From: Candidatus Gottesmanbacteria bacterium RIFCSPLOWO2_01_FULL_42_22
GTDB lineage: Bacteria > Patescibacteriota > Microgenomatia > 2-02-FULL-39-11
DNA: 64,000 nt
NCBI GenBank assembly: GCA_001779315.1
Contig: MFJU01000001.1
Coordinates: 6,258 to 70,257, forward strand
Direction of reading: 5' to 3'
Shown here piece by piece: positions 9,710 to 19,044 of the stretch. Position 1 is the stretch's first letter, and each line of letters opens with the position of its first letter. The notes under the pieces are model-generated. The model searched no databases, had not been told where the DNA came from, and saw only the letters and a program-made list of their open reading frames with translations. The position numbers and the translations under genes are program-made.

Positions 9710-9712
9710 AAA

Positions 9713-10516
9713 TTATCCTTTAATAAAATACCTGACGGCATTTTGAAATATTTTCAGTCCCGGCCCTGTCCGCGGACAGCTCTTTCCTTCACGCCTTAAT
9801 TTATCCGCCAAATTTGTCCAATGGGGGAGCTGGTGAAAAAACTGGGCCCGTTCCGGATGAGGCATCAGTCCTAGTATTCTTCCTGATTCATCATTTATTC
9901 CGGCAATATCCGCCAATGATCCGTTTGGATTGGCCGGTAAATCAGAATAACGGCAAGTTTCTCCCCGGCTATACTTGAGAGCTATCATTCTTCTGCTTTT
10001 CAATTTTGCCAAAATTTCCGTTTCCGCATAAAATTTACCTTCTCCATGGGCAATAGGCAATGAAATCTGGCTGATGCCCGATAACCAGGGAGAATCATTT
10101 TCAATTCGAAGATCGACCCAGCGCGTCACCAGGCGAGCCTGGCTGTTATGAAGAAGGGCAATTTGCCTTTCTCCGAATTTTGAATTTAAAGCCGGCAAAA
10201 GGCCTAAATTTGCTAAGATTTGGAAACCGTTGCAAATGCCGATCACCAACCTATCGCTGTTTACAAATTCCAAAATTTCCTGCCAAAGATGATTCTTAAG
10301 TTTATTGGCATAAGCATTTCCGGAACCGCTATCGTCGCCGTAAGAAAAACCGCCGGGAAGACAAAGAATCTGAAAATCGGCAAGACTGACTTTATGGGCT
10401 ACCAGATCATTGACATGAACAATTACCGCTTTCCCTCCTGCCGTGTCAAAAGCATACTTTGTTTCCGCTTCACTGTTCAGCCCGTATCCTGAAAAGATTA
10501 ATACTTTTGGTTTCAT
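9713..10516 (-). CDS. purQ: FGAM synthetase glutamine amidotransferase subunit
   Basis: Class I GATase fold (..LCLPGGFSYGDD.. nucleophile Cys, ..PHPER.. His). The ORF is open up to 10558, but the ATG at 10516 (MKPKVLIF...) abuts the purL stop and is the likelier start. Confidence 0.8.
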   Translation of the reverse strand: MKPKVLIFSGYGLNSEAETKYAFDTAGGKAVIVHVNDLVAHKVSLADFQILCLPGGFSYGDDSGSGNAYANKLKNHLWQEILEFVNSDRLVIGICNGFQILANLGLLPALNSKFGERQIALLHNSQARLVTRWVDLRIENDSPWLSGISQISLPIAHGEGKFYAETEILAKLKSRRMIALKYSRGETCRYSDLPANPNGSLADIAGINDESGRILGLMPHPERAQFFHQLPHWTNLADKLRREGKSCPRTGPGLKIFQNAVRYFIKG

Positions 10517-10517
10517 T

Positions 10518-13409
10518 TTAATAATCGGCAAATTTTCTGCGGTAGGCAGCCAAAGCAAGGTCTACCGTCGTTTTAATACGGTTATTTTTATAGTTCAGAC
10601 TGATTATTTTATCTTCAGTGACGACACCGACAGGAGTCGGCCGCTCCCCTTTAAATATATTTTCGAAGATCAGCTTATTTTCGGCCGCAATAGCGACGAC
10701 AATCCTACCCATGCTTTCTGAAAAAAAGGCAGTTTGGGCTTTGTTGACATTGCCTTTTATCTCGCTTAAATCAGCCTTGACACCGAGTTTACCGGCCATG
10801 GCTCCTTTTGCCAGGCCGACAGCCAATCCGCCTTTATTGAGAGGGATGGCCGAAGCGACTATCCTTTTTTGGATCGCTTTATGAAGCAGTCTGTATATTT
10901 TCATATTTTCTAATGCATTGACGGACGGCACTGTCTGGCTATCGGTTTCACCCAAAAGATAAAGTAAATCTCCGGGCTTTTTAAAATCGGCGGTGACGGC
11001 AGAATAAACGTTGTCAATTATGCCCAGACTGGTAATTAACAAGGTCGGAGGAATCGATATTCTGACTTTTCGTCCATTCTGATCAAATCCCTGGAAATCG
11101 TTATATAAACTGTCTTTACCGGAAATAAAAGGAGTTTGGTAAGAAAGAGCATAGTCATGACAGGCTTGGGCCGCGCATTTTAGCTGATACAAACGTTCCG
11201 GATCAGAAGGTGAACACCAGCAGAAGTTATCAAGAAGGGCTATCCGTCCGGGATCGGCACCGGCGGCCACTACATTCCTGATGGCGGTATCGATAGAGCA
11301 GGCAGCCATCCGGTAGCTGTCAGACTCGCTGAAATCGGGATATAAGCCAAAGGAAGTGATTATACCCCGCTCGGAATCGAGAAGCGGGCGGATGACCGCC
11401 GTTTCGCCGTTAAGCCGACCCCGTCCGATAAGAGGTCCGACTACCAAATTGGCCTGGACGATATGGTCATACTGGCTGGAAATAAATTCAAAACCGGTAA
11501 TTGAGGGATCTTTCAGCAAATCAAGCAAATAATCGGAGTGTTTTCTACCATTTAAATTAAATTTTTTGGACGCTATATTGACAGGCTGTTTTGTTTTTAA
11601 AATTTTCCGTGGGTAGCCTTCATGAAGAAAATCAAGGTCAACATCCATAATTGTTTTATTCCGGTATTTGACGACGCATTTTCCTGATGAAGTAAATCTG
11701 CCGATAATGGTTGCTTCAACTGCGCGTCTTGTCATCAGTTTATTTAAAATATGCCATTTGGCAGGCGGTACTGCCAGCGTCATCCTTTCCTGTGACTCTG
11801 ATACCCAGATTTCCCACGGTTCCAAACCGCTGTATTTTAAAGGCACCTTTTCCAGTTCGACCAGACAGCCACCTGACTGCCTGGCCATTTCGGCAACCGA
11901 GCAGGATAATCCGCCGGCACCATTATCGGTAATGGAGTGGTAAAGTAACTGGTCCCTGGCTTCCTTGACAAGCGCATCACTGAATTTTTTCTGGATAATC
12001 GGATTGCCGATTTGCACGGCCGATACCGGACTGCCGGCATCCATTCCTTCAGATGAAAATGTGGCTCCGTGAATGCCGTCTTTACCGACACGACCACCGA
12101 CCATGACAATATAGTCTCCCCTCCGGGCTGATTTGGCAGTTGACAGTCTGCCTTTAATTTTTTGGGGAATAATTCCGATCGTGCCGACAAAGACCAACGG
12201 TTTCCCGCGGTACCTTTCATTGAAATATAAAAATCCCAGTGGTGTCGGAATACCCGATTGATTGCCTCCGGCATTGACTCCGGCGATAATTCCCTCAAGT
12301 ATCCTTCTCGATGAAAGCATTTTTTGAGTTAATCCCCGGCCTTTGTAAAGCGGTACGTCGCAATCAGGATCGGCAACACAAAAGCCGTAAAAATTAGCAA
12401 TTGGCAAGGCACCCAGCCCGAAGCCGATTGTGTCGCGGTTGACGCCAACAATACCGGTTAATGAACCGCCAAACGGATCAAGCGCCGACGGACTGTTATG
12501 TGTTTCCACCTTGTGAGTCACCAGGAATTTTGAGTCAAAATGAATGGCCCCGGAGTTATCAGTAAAAACGGAAGCGGCAAATTTTGGCTTTTTTTTTAAA
12601 ATTTTTTCCGTGGCTCCTTTGATGAAAGTTTTAAATAAACCTTTTTCCAGTTCATCGATTTGACTGCCAAAAATCGTATGCTTGCAGTGTTCAGACCATG
12701 TCTGGGCTAATGATTCCAGCTCAATATCGGTCGGTTTTCTGCCAATTTTCCGGAAATACTCTCTGATGGTTTTCATCGACGGCAAATCCAGTGCCAATGG
12801 GCCTCTTGGCTTACCCTGAATATCCCTGATGCCGTTTTTACCGATATCGGCTAGTGTTTTATCGGCCACAGCCAAATCCACTTCCAGAACGCTGGATTTT
12901 GCTTTAAGATTAACTTTAGGCACGGATAAATCCATCCCCCCGTTCTCTAAATACTCAACCCGGCTTTTAATGCTGATCGTCTCAATTAACGGATTATAAA
13001 AATTTTGACTGAGCTTTTTTATTTCGTCCAAAGTCAGCTGACCGTCGATAAAAGTAATCTGCGAAGAATAAATATTTTCACCTTTACTGAATTTCTTTTT
13101 CCGGAAATCTTCGATGGCTTCTTTTGCCGTTATGGCAATATTATCCGTCACCCCGGGCATATAGCCAATTTCAAAAGCCCAGCTGAAATAGGCTGGATCG
13201 CTTAAATTAACTGTTTGGGTAAGCGGATTAGTCAAAATCGAAGCTATAGCCGTAAGATTCTTCAGAGGGGAGTTTATTTCCAGGCTGTAGACGTCTGCTA
13301 AAAAAAGGTTTTTTATTTTACTGCCAAAACCTAATTCCTGAAGTCTTTTTTTCCGAATTTTAGCCCTGGCATCACTAATCTTCGAATAGACTTCTATCCT
13401 TGTTATCAT
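10518..13409 (-). CDS. purL: FGAM synthetase, PurS-like N-terminal domain fused to the PurL synthetase subunit
   Basis: 963 aa; the first ~90 aa are PurS-like (RIEVYSK..DARAKIRKKRLQELGF), followed by AIRS-like duplicated PurL domains. Confidence 0.85.
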   Translation of the reverse strand: MITRIEVYSKISDARAKIRKKRLQELGFGSKIKNLFLADVYSLEINSPLKNLTAIASILTNPLTQTVNLSDPAYFSWAFEIGYMPGVTDNIAITAKEAIEDFRKKKFSKGENIYSSQITFIDGQLTLDEIKKLSQNFYNPLIETISIKSRVEYLENGGMDLSVPKVNLKAKSSVLEVDLAVADKTLADIGKNGIRDIQGKPRGPLALDLPSMKTIREYFRKIGRKPTDIELESLAQTWSEHCKHTIFGSQIDELEKGLFKTFIKGATEKILKKKPKFAASVFTDNSGAIHFDSKFLVTHKVETHNSPSALDPFGGSLTGIVGVNRDTIGFGLGALPIANFYGFCVADPDCDVPLYKGRGLTQKMLSSRRILEGIIAGVNAGGNQSGIPTPLGFLYFNERYRGKPLVFVGTIGIIPQKIKGRLSTAKSARRGDYIVMVGGRVGKDGIHGATFSSEGMDAGSPVSAVQIGNPIIQKKFSDALVKEARDQLLYHSITDNGAGGLSCSVAEMARQSGGCLVELEKVPLKYSGLEPWEIWVSESQERMTLAVPPAKWHILNKLMTRRAVEATIIGRFTSSGKCVVKYRNKTIMDVDLDFLHEGYPRKILKTKQPVNIASKKFNLNGRKHSDYLLDLLKDPSITGFEFISSQYDHIVQANLVVGPLIGRGRLNGETAVIRPLLDSERGIITSFGLYPDFSESDSYRMAACSIDTAIRNVVAAGADPGRIALLDNFCWCSPSDPERLYQLKCAAQACHDYALSYQTPFISGKDSLYNDFQGFDQNGRKVRISIPPTLLITSLGIIDNVYSAVTADFKKPGDLLYLLGETDSQTVPSVNALENMKIYRLLHKAIQKRIVASAIPLNKGGLAVGLAKGAMAGKLGVKADLSEIKGNVNKAQTAFFSESMGRIVVAIAAENKLIFENIFKGERPTPVGVVTEDKIISLNYKNNRIKTTVDLALAAYRRKFADY

Positions 13410-13413
13410 CAGC

Positions 13414-15069
13414 TCATGACTGTTTTAAACAAGCAGCTATAAATTCCCTGAACAAAGGATGGGGAGACAAGGGACGGCTTTTGTATTCCGGATGTCCCTG
13501 GACTCCCAGGTAAAACGGGTGCATGGTTTTTGGCAGTTCGATGATTTCGACCAGATTCTCAACGACACTGCGGGCAGATATAATTAAACCGGCTTTTTCA
13601 AAATCTTTAATATATTGGTCATTAAATTCATAGCGGTGCCTGTGTCTTTCACCGGTTAATCCTTTGCTTTTATCCAAAAATTGGTCGTATTTTCCATATG
13701 CATCCCAGGCAATCGTATCTTTTTTTACTAAAGCCTGCCAGGCACCCAGGCGCATGGTACCGCCGTAAGCTCTTCGTTCCATAAATTCTTTCTGGGCGGG
13801 CATGAGGTGAATGACCGGATACGGCGTATCTGCTGAATTTTCCGTAGTATCCGCTTTTGACCAACCCAATATTTCCCTGGCAAAAGCCACCACCGCCAGC
13901 TGCATACCGTAGCAAAGTCCCAGATAGGGAATCTTATTTCTTCTGGCAAATCCGGCGGCTGCAATCATGCCCTCAGATCCCCTTTCACCCCAGCCGATTG
14001 GCACGATCAGTCCATGGACTGAGGGTATCGCCGGTTCGCCCTGCTGTTCTACCTTCTCGGCATCGATCCATAGCGTTTTGACTTGTGCATCATTGACCCA
14101 GGCAGCATGGTCAATTGCATCCATTAAAGCCGCGTATGAATCCCTTAGCTGATACTCACCTGTTTTAAAATATTTGCCGACGATGGCAATGGTGATTTTT
14201 TTCTTTTTGGGAGATTTAATTTTTTTGACCAGGCTCTGCCATTCGGAAAGTTCAGGTTCATGGTATTCCAAACCCAATTTCTGGCAGACTTTAGACAAAA
14301 AGGACTGTTCATGGAATTGCAGGGGGACTTCGTAAACCGTTTCCGCATCAGGACTGGAGATGATATCCTCGCTTCTTATATTGCAGAAAAGGGAAAATCG
14401 GTCGCGGCGTCTTTTATCGAGGGGTTTTTCGCTTCTGGCAATGATGAAATCCGGCTGGATGCCCATGGAATTCAGCGCTCTGACGGACTGCTGAGTCGGT
14501 TTGGTTTTCGGTTCACCGAGATGCGGGGGAGTCGGCAAATAACTGACATGGACATGGATGACATCACCTGGATGTTTCAGGGTCAATATTCTTGAAGCCT
14601 CATAATAAAAGAGATTTTGGTATTCGCCGACCGTTCCGCCCAACTCAATGATGACAATTTCCGCTTTGTCTTTTTTGCCGGCAAAATTGATGCGCTCTAT
14701 AATCTCATTGGTGATATGGGGAATGCCCTCAACATCCTCGCCGTTATATTCAAACCTTCTCTCCCGGTCGATCACTTCCTTGTAAATTTGTCCCATAGTT
14801 ACAAAATTGTAGCGGGACATATTTCTGTCCAAATATTTTTCATAGGTGCCGATGTCCATGTCGGCTTCAGTACCGTCTTCGCAAAGAAAAGGATCTCCGT
14901 GCTCAATGGGATTGATGGTACCGGCATCCAGATTAAGATAATTTTCGCATTTGACGTTGGTGACTTTATATCCGGAAGCTTTAAGAAGAAAAGCGATTGA
15001 AGCGGAAGCAATGCCTTTGCCAAGCCCTGAAAGCACTCCGCCGGAAATGAAGATATATTTGATCGGCAT
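13414..15069 (-). CDS. pyrG: CTP synthase
   Basis: 551 aa; N-terminal YIFISGGVLSGLGKG; C-terminal GATase with ..GLCYGMQ.. nucleophile. Confidence 0.9.
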   Translation of the reverse strand: MPIKYIFISGGVLSGLGKGIASASIAFLLKASGYKVTNVKCENYLNLDAGTINPIEHGDPFLCEDGTEADMDIGTYEKYLDRNMSRYNFVTMGQIYKEVIDRERRFEYNGEDVEGIPHITNEIIERINFAGKKDKAEIVIIELGGTVGEYQNLFYYEASRILTLKHPGDVIHVHVSYLPTPPHLGEPKTKPTQQSVRALNSMGIQPDFIIARSEKPLDKRRRDRFSLFCNIRSEDIISSPDAETVYEVPLQFHEQSFLSKVCQKLGLEYHEPELSEWQSLVKKIKSPKKKKITIAIVGKYFKTGEYQLRDSYAALMDAIDHAAWVNDAQVKTLWIDAEKVEQQGEPAIPSVHGLIVPIGWGERGSEGMIAAAGFARRNKIPYLGLCYGMQLAVVAFAREILGWSKADTTENSADTPYPVIHLMPAQKEFMERRAYGGTMRLGAWQALVKKDTIAWDAYGKYDQFLDKSKGLTGERHRHRYEFNDQYIKDFEKAGLIISARSVVENLVEIIELPKTMHPFYLGVQGHPEYKSRPLSPHPLFREFIAACLKQS

Positions 15070-15167
15070 GTTTTAAGATACCAAAATTCAGCTCAATCTG
15101 TCAACAACCACGCATCGCACACCTTCCATACACCTTGCAGCTGATTTACCCTTTACACCTGGAGATA

Positions 15168-15800
15168 TTACTTTTTCCTGGTTGCCAAATAATCCCTGCC
15201 TTTACCGACAGTGGAATTAATGGGTATATTTTTTTGGCAAAGAGGACAATCCTTTTCTTCATAAGCCGCCAATTTTACTTCTGCTAAAGAAGTGAATGGA
15301 GCTCCGACTGTCTGACCATTGACTTCATCAGGATTACGGTTGACTAAAACGCAAACAGCTACAACTTCTCCGCCTGCCGCTTTGACACTGTCAACAACTT
15401 TTTTGACTGACCCGCCGGTAGTTGTAATATCTTCTACAACCAAAATTTTTTTACTCTTGATCAGCTGATCGTATCCACGGGTAAAAATCTGATTTTTTTC
15501 AGGCGTTTTTTCAGTATAAAAACCCAGGACTTCCCGTCCGGTCAATTGGCTCAAATGATAGGCTGTCCATTGGGAAAGTATTATGCCCCCCAGAGCCGGT
15601 GCCGCCACCGCTTGGATATTTCTATCCTTAAATCTTTCGGCTATCTCACGACAGATGGCTGAGACTTCTCCGGTATGGGGATAGACGGCATCTTTGTTCA
15701 AATATGCCTCACCGTGCTTGCCTGAGGTATAAACGATATGGCTTCCGATGATATAGCCTCCGACTTTTTTAAAAATATTCATTAATTCTTCGCCTGTCAT
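15168..15800 (-). CDS. pyrE: Orotate phosphoribosyltransferase
   Basis: 210 aa; PRTase motif ILVVEDITTTGGS. Confidence 0.85.
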   Translation of the reverse strand: MTGEELMNIFKKVGGYIIGSHIVYTSGKHGEAYLNKDAVYPHTGEVSAICREIAERFKDRNIQAVAAPALGGIILSQWTAYHLSQLTGREVLGFYTEKTPEKNQIFTRGYDQLIKSKKILVVEDITTTGGSVKKVVDSVKAAGGEVVAVCVLVNRNPDEVNGQTVGAPFTSLAEVKLAAYEEKDCPLCQKNIPINSTVGKGRDYLATRKK

Positions 15801-16630
15801 ACAGAATCCTTTCGAAATTTATTAATTTCATCACGGAGTTTTATGGCTTCCTGACGGGCTTTATCTGCAAAATCGCTTCTGTTTGAGGCAAAGATGATGC
15901 CGCGGGATGAATTGATAACGGCATTTAAACCGTTTCCGTCGACTCCAGCTTTGACGGTTTTTTCGACTTGACCGCCTTGAACCCCGATACCGGGAATCAG
16001 CAAGGGGAAATTATCACCAACTATATGTCGCACAATCTCAAGTTCACTGGGGTAGGTGGCACCTACCACTAAGGCGCAATTATCATTAGTATTCCAATCT
16101 TTAACCACATTTTCAGCCACAATTTGGAACAATTTTTTCCCGTCATATTCTAAATCCTGAAACTCGCCTGCCCCGGGATTGGAAGTGCGGCAAAGGACAA
16201 AAATACCTTTGTCTTCATAATCAAGAAATGGTTTAAGGGCTTCCCTTCCCAAATAAGGGTGTACGGTTACAGCATCAGCTTTCAAATATTCGAAAACAAA
16301 TTTGGCATACCCCAGGTTGGTATTGCCGATATCTGCCCGTTTAGCGTCAATAATTAAGGGTACTTCGGGATATTTTCCCTTCAGATAATCAGAGGTCATT
16401 CTTAAAGCTTCAATGCCGGCATGCCCGCGCTCTTCATAAAAGGCAGTGTTGGGTTTATAAGCGCAGATTAAATCATGGGTGGCTTCAATAATTGCCTTGT
16501 TGAAGGTTGACTGGGGATGTTCACCCTTCCGTATAAATTCAGGAATTTTAGAAATATCACTGTCTAAACCGACACAAACTAAACTGTTATTCTTAATGGA
16601 AATTGCTTTAAGCTTATCCTTGAATCTCAT
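15797..16630 (-). CDS. pyrF: Orotidine 5'-phosphate decarboxylase (long, type 2 form)
   Basis: 277 aa; ..LIIDAKRADIGNT.. active-site region; overlaps pyrE by 4 nt. Confidence 0.85.
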   Translation of the reverse strand: MRFKDKLKAISIKNNSLVCVGLDSDISKIPEFIRKGEHPQSTFNKAIIEATHDLICAYKPNTAFYEERGHAGIEALRMTSDYLKGKYPEVPLIIDAKRADIGNTNLGYAKFVFEYLKADAVTVHPYLGREALKPFLDYEDKGIFVLCRTSNPGAGEFQDLEYDGKKLFQIVAENVVKDWNTNDNCALVVGATYPSELEIVRHIVGDNFPLLIPGIGVQGGQVEKTVKAGVDGNGLNAVINSSRGIIFASNRSDFADKARQEAIKLRDEINKFRKDSV

Positions 16631-17580
16631 TAATGGGCCGCTCCGACTATTTCAGAAATATTTTTAATTCCGTTTTTTTCCATATACTCCAATAAGTCTT
16701 TTTCCAATTCTTGATAGACTTTCATACCTTTAGTATATGTTGCTGTACCAACTCCTATTAAAGAGGCTCCGGCCAGTATCATTTCGACAACGTCCTGCCA
16801 TTTCTCGATTCCGCCCATGCCCAATATGGGAATCTTGACTGCTTCAAAAATATCATAGACACATCTTACAGCAATAGGTCTTATTCCCGGTCCGGAAACT
16901 CCGCCTTTTTTAGCGCCGATGATCGGTTTTCTTTTTTCGATATCGATGACCATCCCCGGACCGACTGTGTTTATGGCAGAAATGCCGTCAGCCCCTTCGG
17001 CTTCACATTCCTTGGCAATATCGGCTATATCAGTCACATTCGGCGATAATTTTGCCAGAACAGGGATTTTTCCGGAAACTTTCTTAACAACCTTAACGAC
17101 TTTGCCGGCACCGCCCTTTTCCATACCCAAAGACCTGCCCAGTTCATCTTCTGTATTGGGACAGGACAAATTAAGTTCAATAAATTCCGGTTTCAGAGGA
17201 ACTATTTTTTCAACTAATACCACAAATTCCTTTAGTCTGGTCGAAAAAAGACTAACTAGAATGACTGATTTACCTTTATGCTCATTAATAAATTCGGCAA
17301 TTTCCCGGGAGCCTTTTTCAATTCCGGCATTTCTCAGACCTACGGAATTGAGAAGTCCGTGTTCATACTTCCAAAGACGGGGTAACGGATTGCCTTCGCG
17401 TTTTTCAAAAGTAAGGGATTTTAAAGTTACTCCTCCAACACCTGCTTCAATCGCCCGTTTATGTTCAGGAATTTCGGTAATGATCCCGGAAGGCAAAATA
17501 AAGGGATTTTTAAATTTGACACCGCAGAATTCTAACGATAAATCAGCCATTCTTTGAATAATTTGTATCACAGTAAACAA
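16630..17580 (-). CDS. pyrD: Dihydroorotate dehydrogenase catalytic subunit (class 1)
   Basis: 316 aa; ..LNLSCPNT.. catalytic Cys region and TIM-barrel DHOD conservation. Confidence 0.85.
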   Translation of the reverse strand: MFTVIQIIQRMADLSLEFCGVKFKNPFILPSGIITEIPEHKRAIEAGVGGVTLKSLTFEKREGNPLPRLWKYEHGLLNSVGLRNAGIEKGSREIAEFINEHKGKSVILVSLFSTRLKEFVVLVEKIVPLKPEFIELNLSCPNTEDELGRSLGMEKGGAGKVVKVVKKVSGKIPVLAKLSPNVTDIADIAKECEAEGADGISAINTVGPGMVIDIEKRKPIIGAKKGGVSGPGIRPIAVRCVYDIFEAVKIPILGMGGIEKWQDVVEMILAGASLIGVGTATYTKGMKVYQELEKDLLEYMEKNGIKNISEIVGAAH

Positions 17581-17622
17581 ACTAGCGCAATGGTCTCATC
17601 CCTCTGTGTTATTATACTTTAG

Positions 17623-19044
17623 ATGAAATACCGGCTGGAAAAGGATTCGCTGGGAACAGTCAGCATTCCGAAAGATGCCTATTACGGTGCCCAGACACAA
17701 AGGGCTCTCGTTAATTTCCCTATCTCCGGCCTTTTGCCCGATCCTGTTTATGTCAAAGCGACTGTTCTGATCAAAAAAGCCGCTGTCAAAACCAATTATC
17801 GGTTAAAACTTCTAGAGAGGGATATTTATCAGGCCATCAATTTTGCCTGCGATGAAATTCTGAGAGGTAAATATATATACCAATTTGTAGTTGATCCCTT
17901 CCAGGCCGGCGCCGGTACTTCACACAACATGAATGTCAATGAGGTCATCGCCAATTTAGCTAATGAAAAATTAGGCTTCGCCAAAGGCACATATACTAAA
18001 GTTCATCCCAACAATCATGTCAACATGGCCCAATCGACCAATGATGTTATTCCGGCAGCTGCCAGAATCAGCCTATTACTTCTATGGCCGGATTTTTCCG
18101 CTGCGCTGGTAAAAACCATTAATACTTTTCAAAAGAAGGCTAAAGATTTTTCCAAAATATTTAAAGCCGGACGGACTCATCTGATGGATGCTCTGCCGGT
18201 TACACTAGGGGGCGAATTCGAAGCATATGCTCTGGCTTTGAAAAATGACCATGATCGTTTGAAAAAATGCAGAGAAAATCTTTTGATTCTGGGATTGGGC
18301 GGTACGGCCGTCGGAACAGGAGTCAACAGCCATCCGCAATTTACGAATATTGCTGTAAAAGAGCTTGAGCAATTGACTGGTTTAAAATTAAAAACCTCAT
18401 CAAATCTTCAGGAATCAATGCAGAATGTTTCTGATTTCCTGGATTTTTCCGGATGTCTTAGAATTTTAAGCCAAAACCTGATCAGGATCGGCAATGATCT
18501 GAGATTAATGTCTTCAGGACCAGGCACGGGTTTGGCCGAACTGACTATTCCCGAAGTCCAGGCTGGTTCATCGATCATGCCCGGCAAAGTCAATCCCTCA
18601 ATAATTGAAATGCTGACTATGACGGCTTTCCAGGTGATCGGCTCTGATCAGATAATTCTGTTGGCCTCAATGCATGGGCAACTTGAGCTTAATGTTTTTA
18701 TGCCGGTAATTATCCACAATTTGACCAACCAAATCAGATATTTAACCCGAAGCTTAACAGTTTTTCATGATAAATATTTAAGACTGGTAAAAGCCGATGA
18801 GACAATGTGCCGCTTCTGGCTGGACAGATCAGCCGGTTTAGCAGCTGCCCTTAATCCATATCTCGGCTACGAAAAAGCAGCTTCCCTCTACCGGGAGTCA
18901 CTCATAACAGGTATTCCTATTAAAGAACTGGTCGTTAAACAGGGTTTAATGACTGCCTCAGAAGCGGCCGAAAATTTCAATATAAAAAAACTTATCAATC
19001 CCAATCTTTCGGCAAAGCGCTATGTTGGACAAAGAAAGTCTTAA
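17623..19044 (+). CDS. fumC: Class II fumarate hydratase / aspartase-family lyase (best match to FumC)
   Basis: 473 aa; GAQTQRALVNF, and the signature GSSIMPGKVNPSIIEMLTM (fumarase-type GSSxMPxKxNP). Confidence 0.75.
   Translation: MKYRLEKDSLGTVSIPKDAYYGAQTQRALVNFPISGLLPDPVYVKATVLIKKAAVKTNYRLKLLERDIYQAINFACDEILRGKYIYQFVVDPFQAGAGTSHNMNVNEVIANLANEKLGFAKGTYTKVHPNNHVNMAQSTNDVIPAAARISLLLLWPDFSAALVKTINTFQKKAKDFSKIFKAGRTHLMDALPVTLGGEFEAYALALKNDHDRLKKCRENLLILGLGGTAVGTGVNSHPQFTNIAVKELEQLTGLKLKTSSNLQESMQNVSDFLDFSGCLRILSQNLIRIGNDLRLMSSGPGTGLAELTIPEVQAGSSIMPGKVNPSIIEMLTMTAFQVIGSDQIILLASMHGQLELNVFMPVIIHNLTNQIRYLTRSLTVFHDKYLRLVKADETMCRFWLDRSAGLAAALNPYLGYEKAASLYRESLITGIPIKELVVKQGLMTASEAAENFNIKKLINPNLSAKRYVGQRKS

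Noticed and set aside
9546-9712. ZTP (pfl) riboswitch identity for the purQ-purC structured element
   Set aside because: It shares a CCGCCUG-like stretch. It lacks the conserved 5' subdomain segments of the pfl motif as I recall them. It is reported as an unclassified structure instead.
16919-17557. 212-aa plus-strand ORF
   Set aside because: It lies entirely antisense within pyrD. It is Pro/Ser-rich and low-complexity, with no motif. Treated as a spurious shadow ORF. The same applies to the antisense ORFs inside carB at 25318-25815, dnaE at 35896-36405, htpX at 48441-48917 and gatB at 40414-40818.
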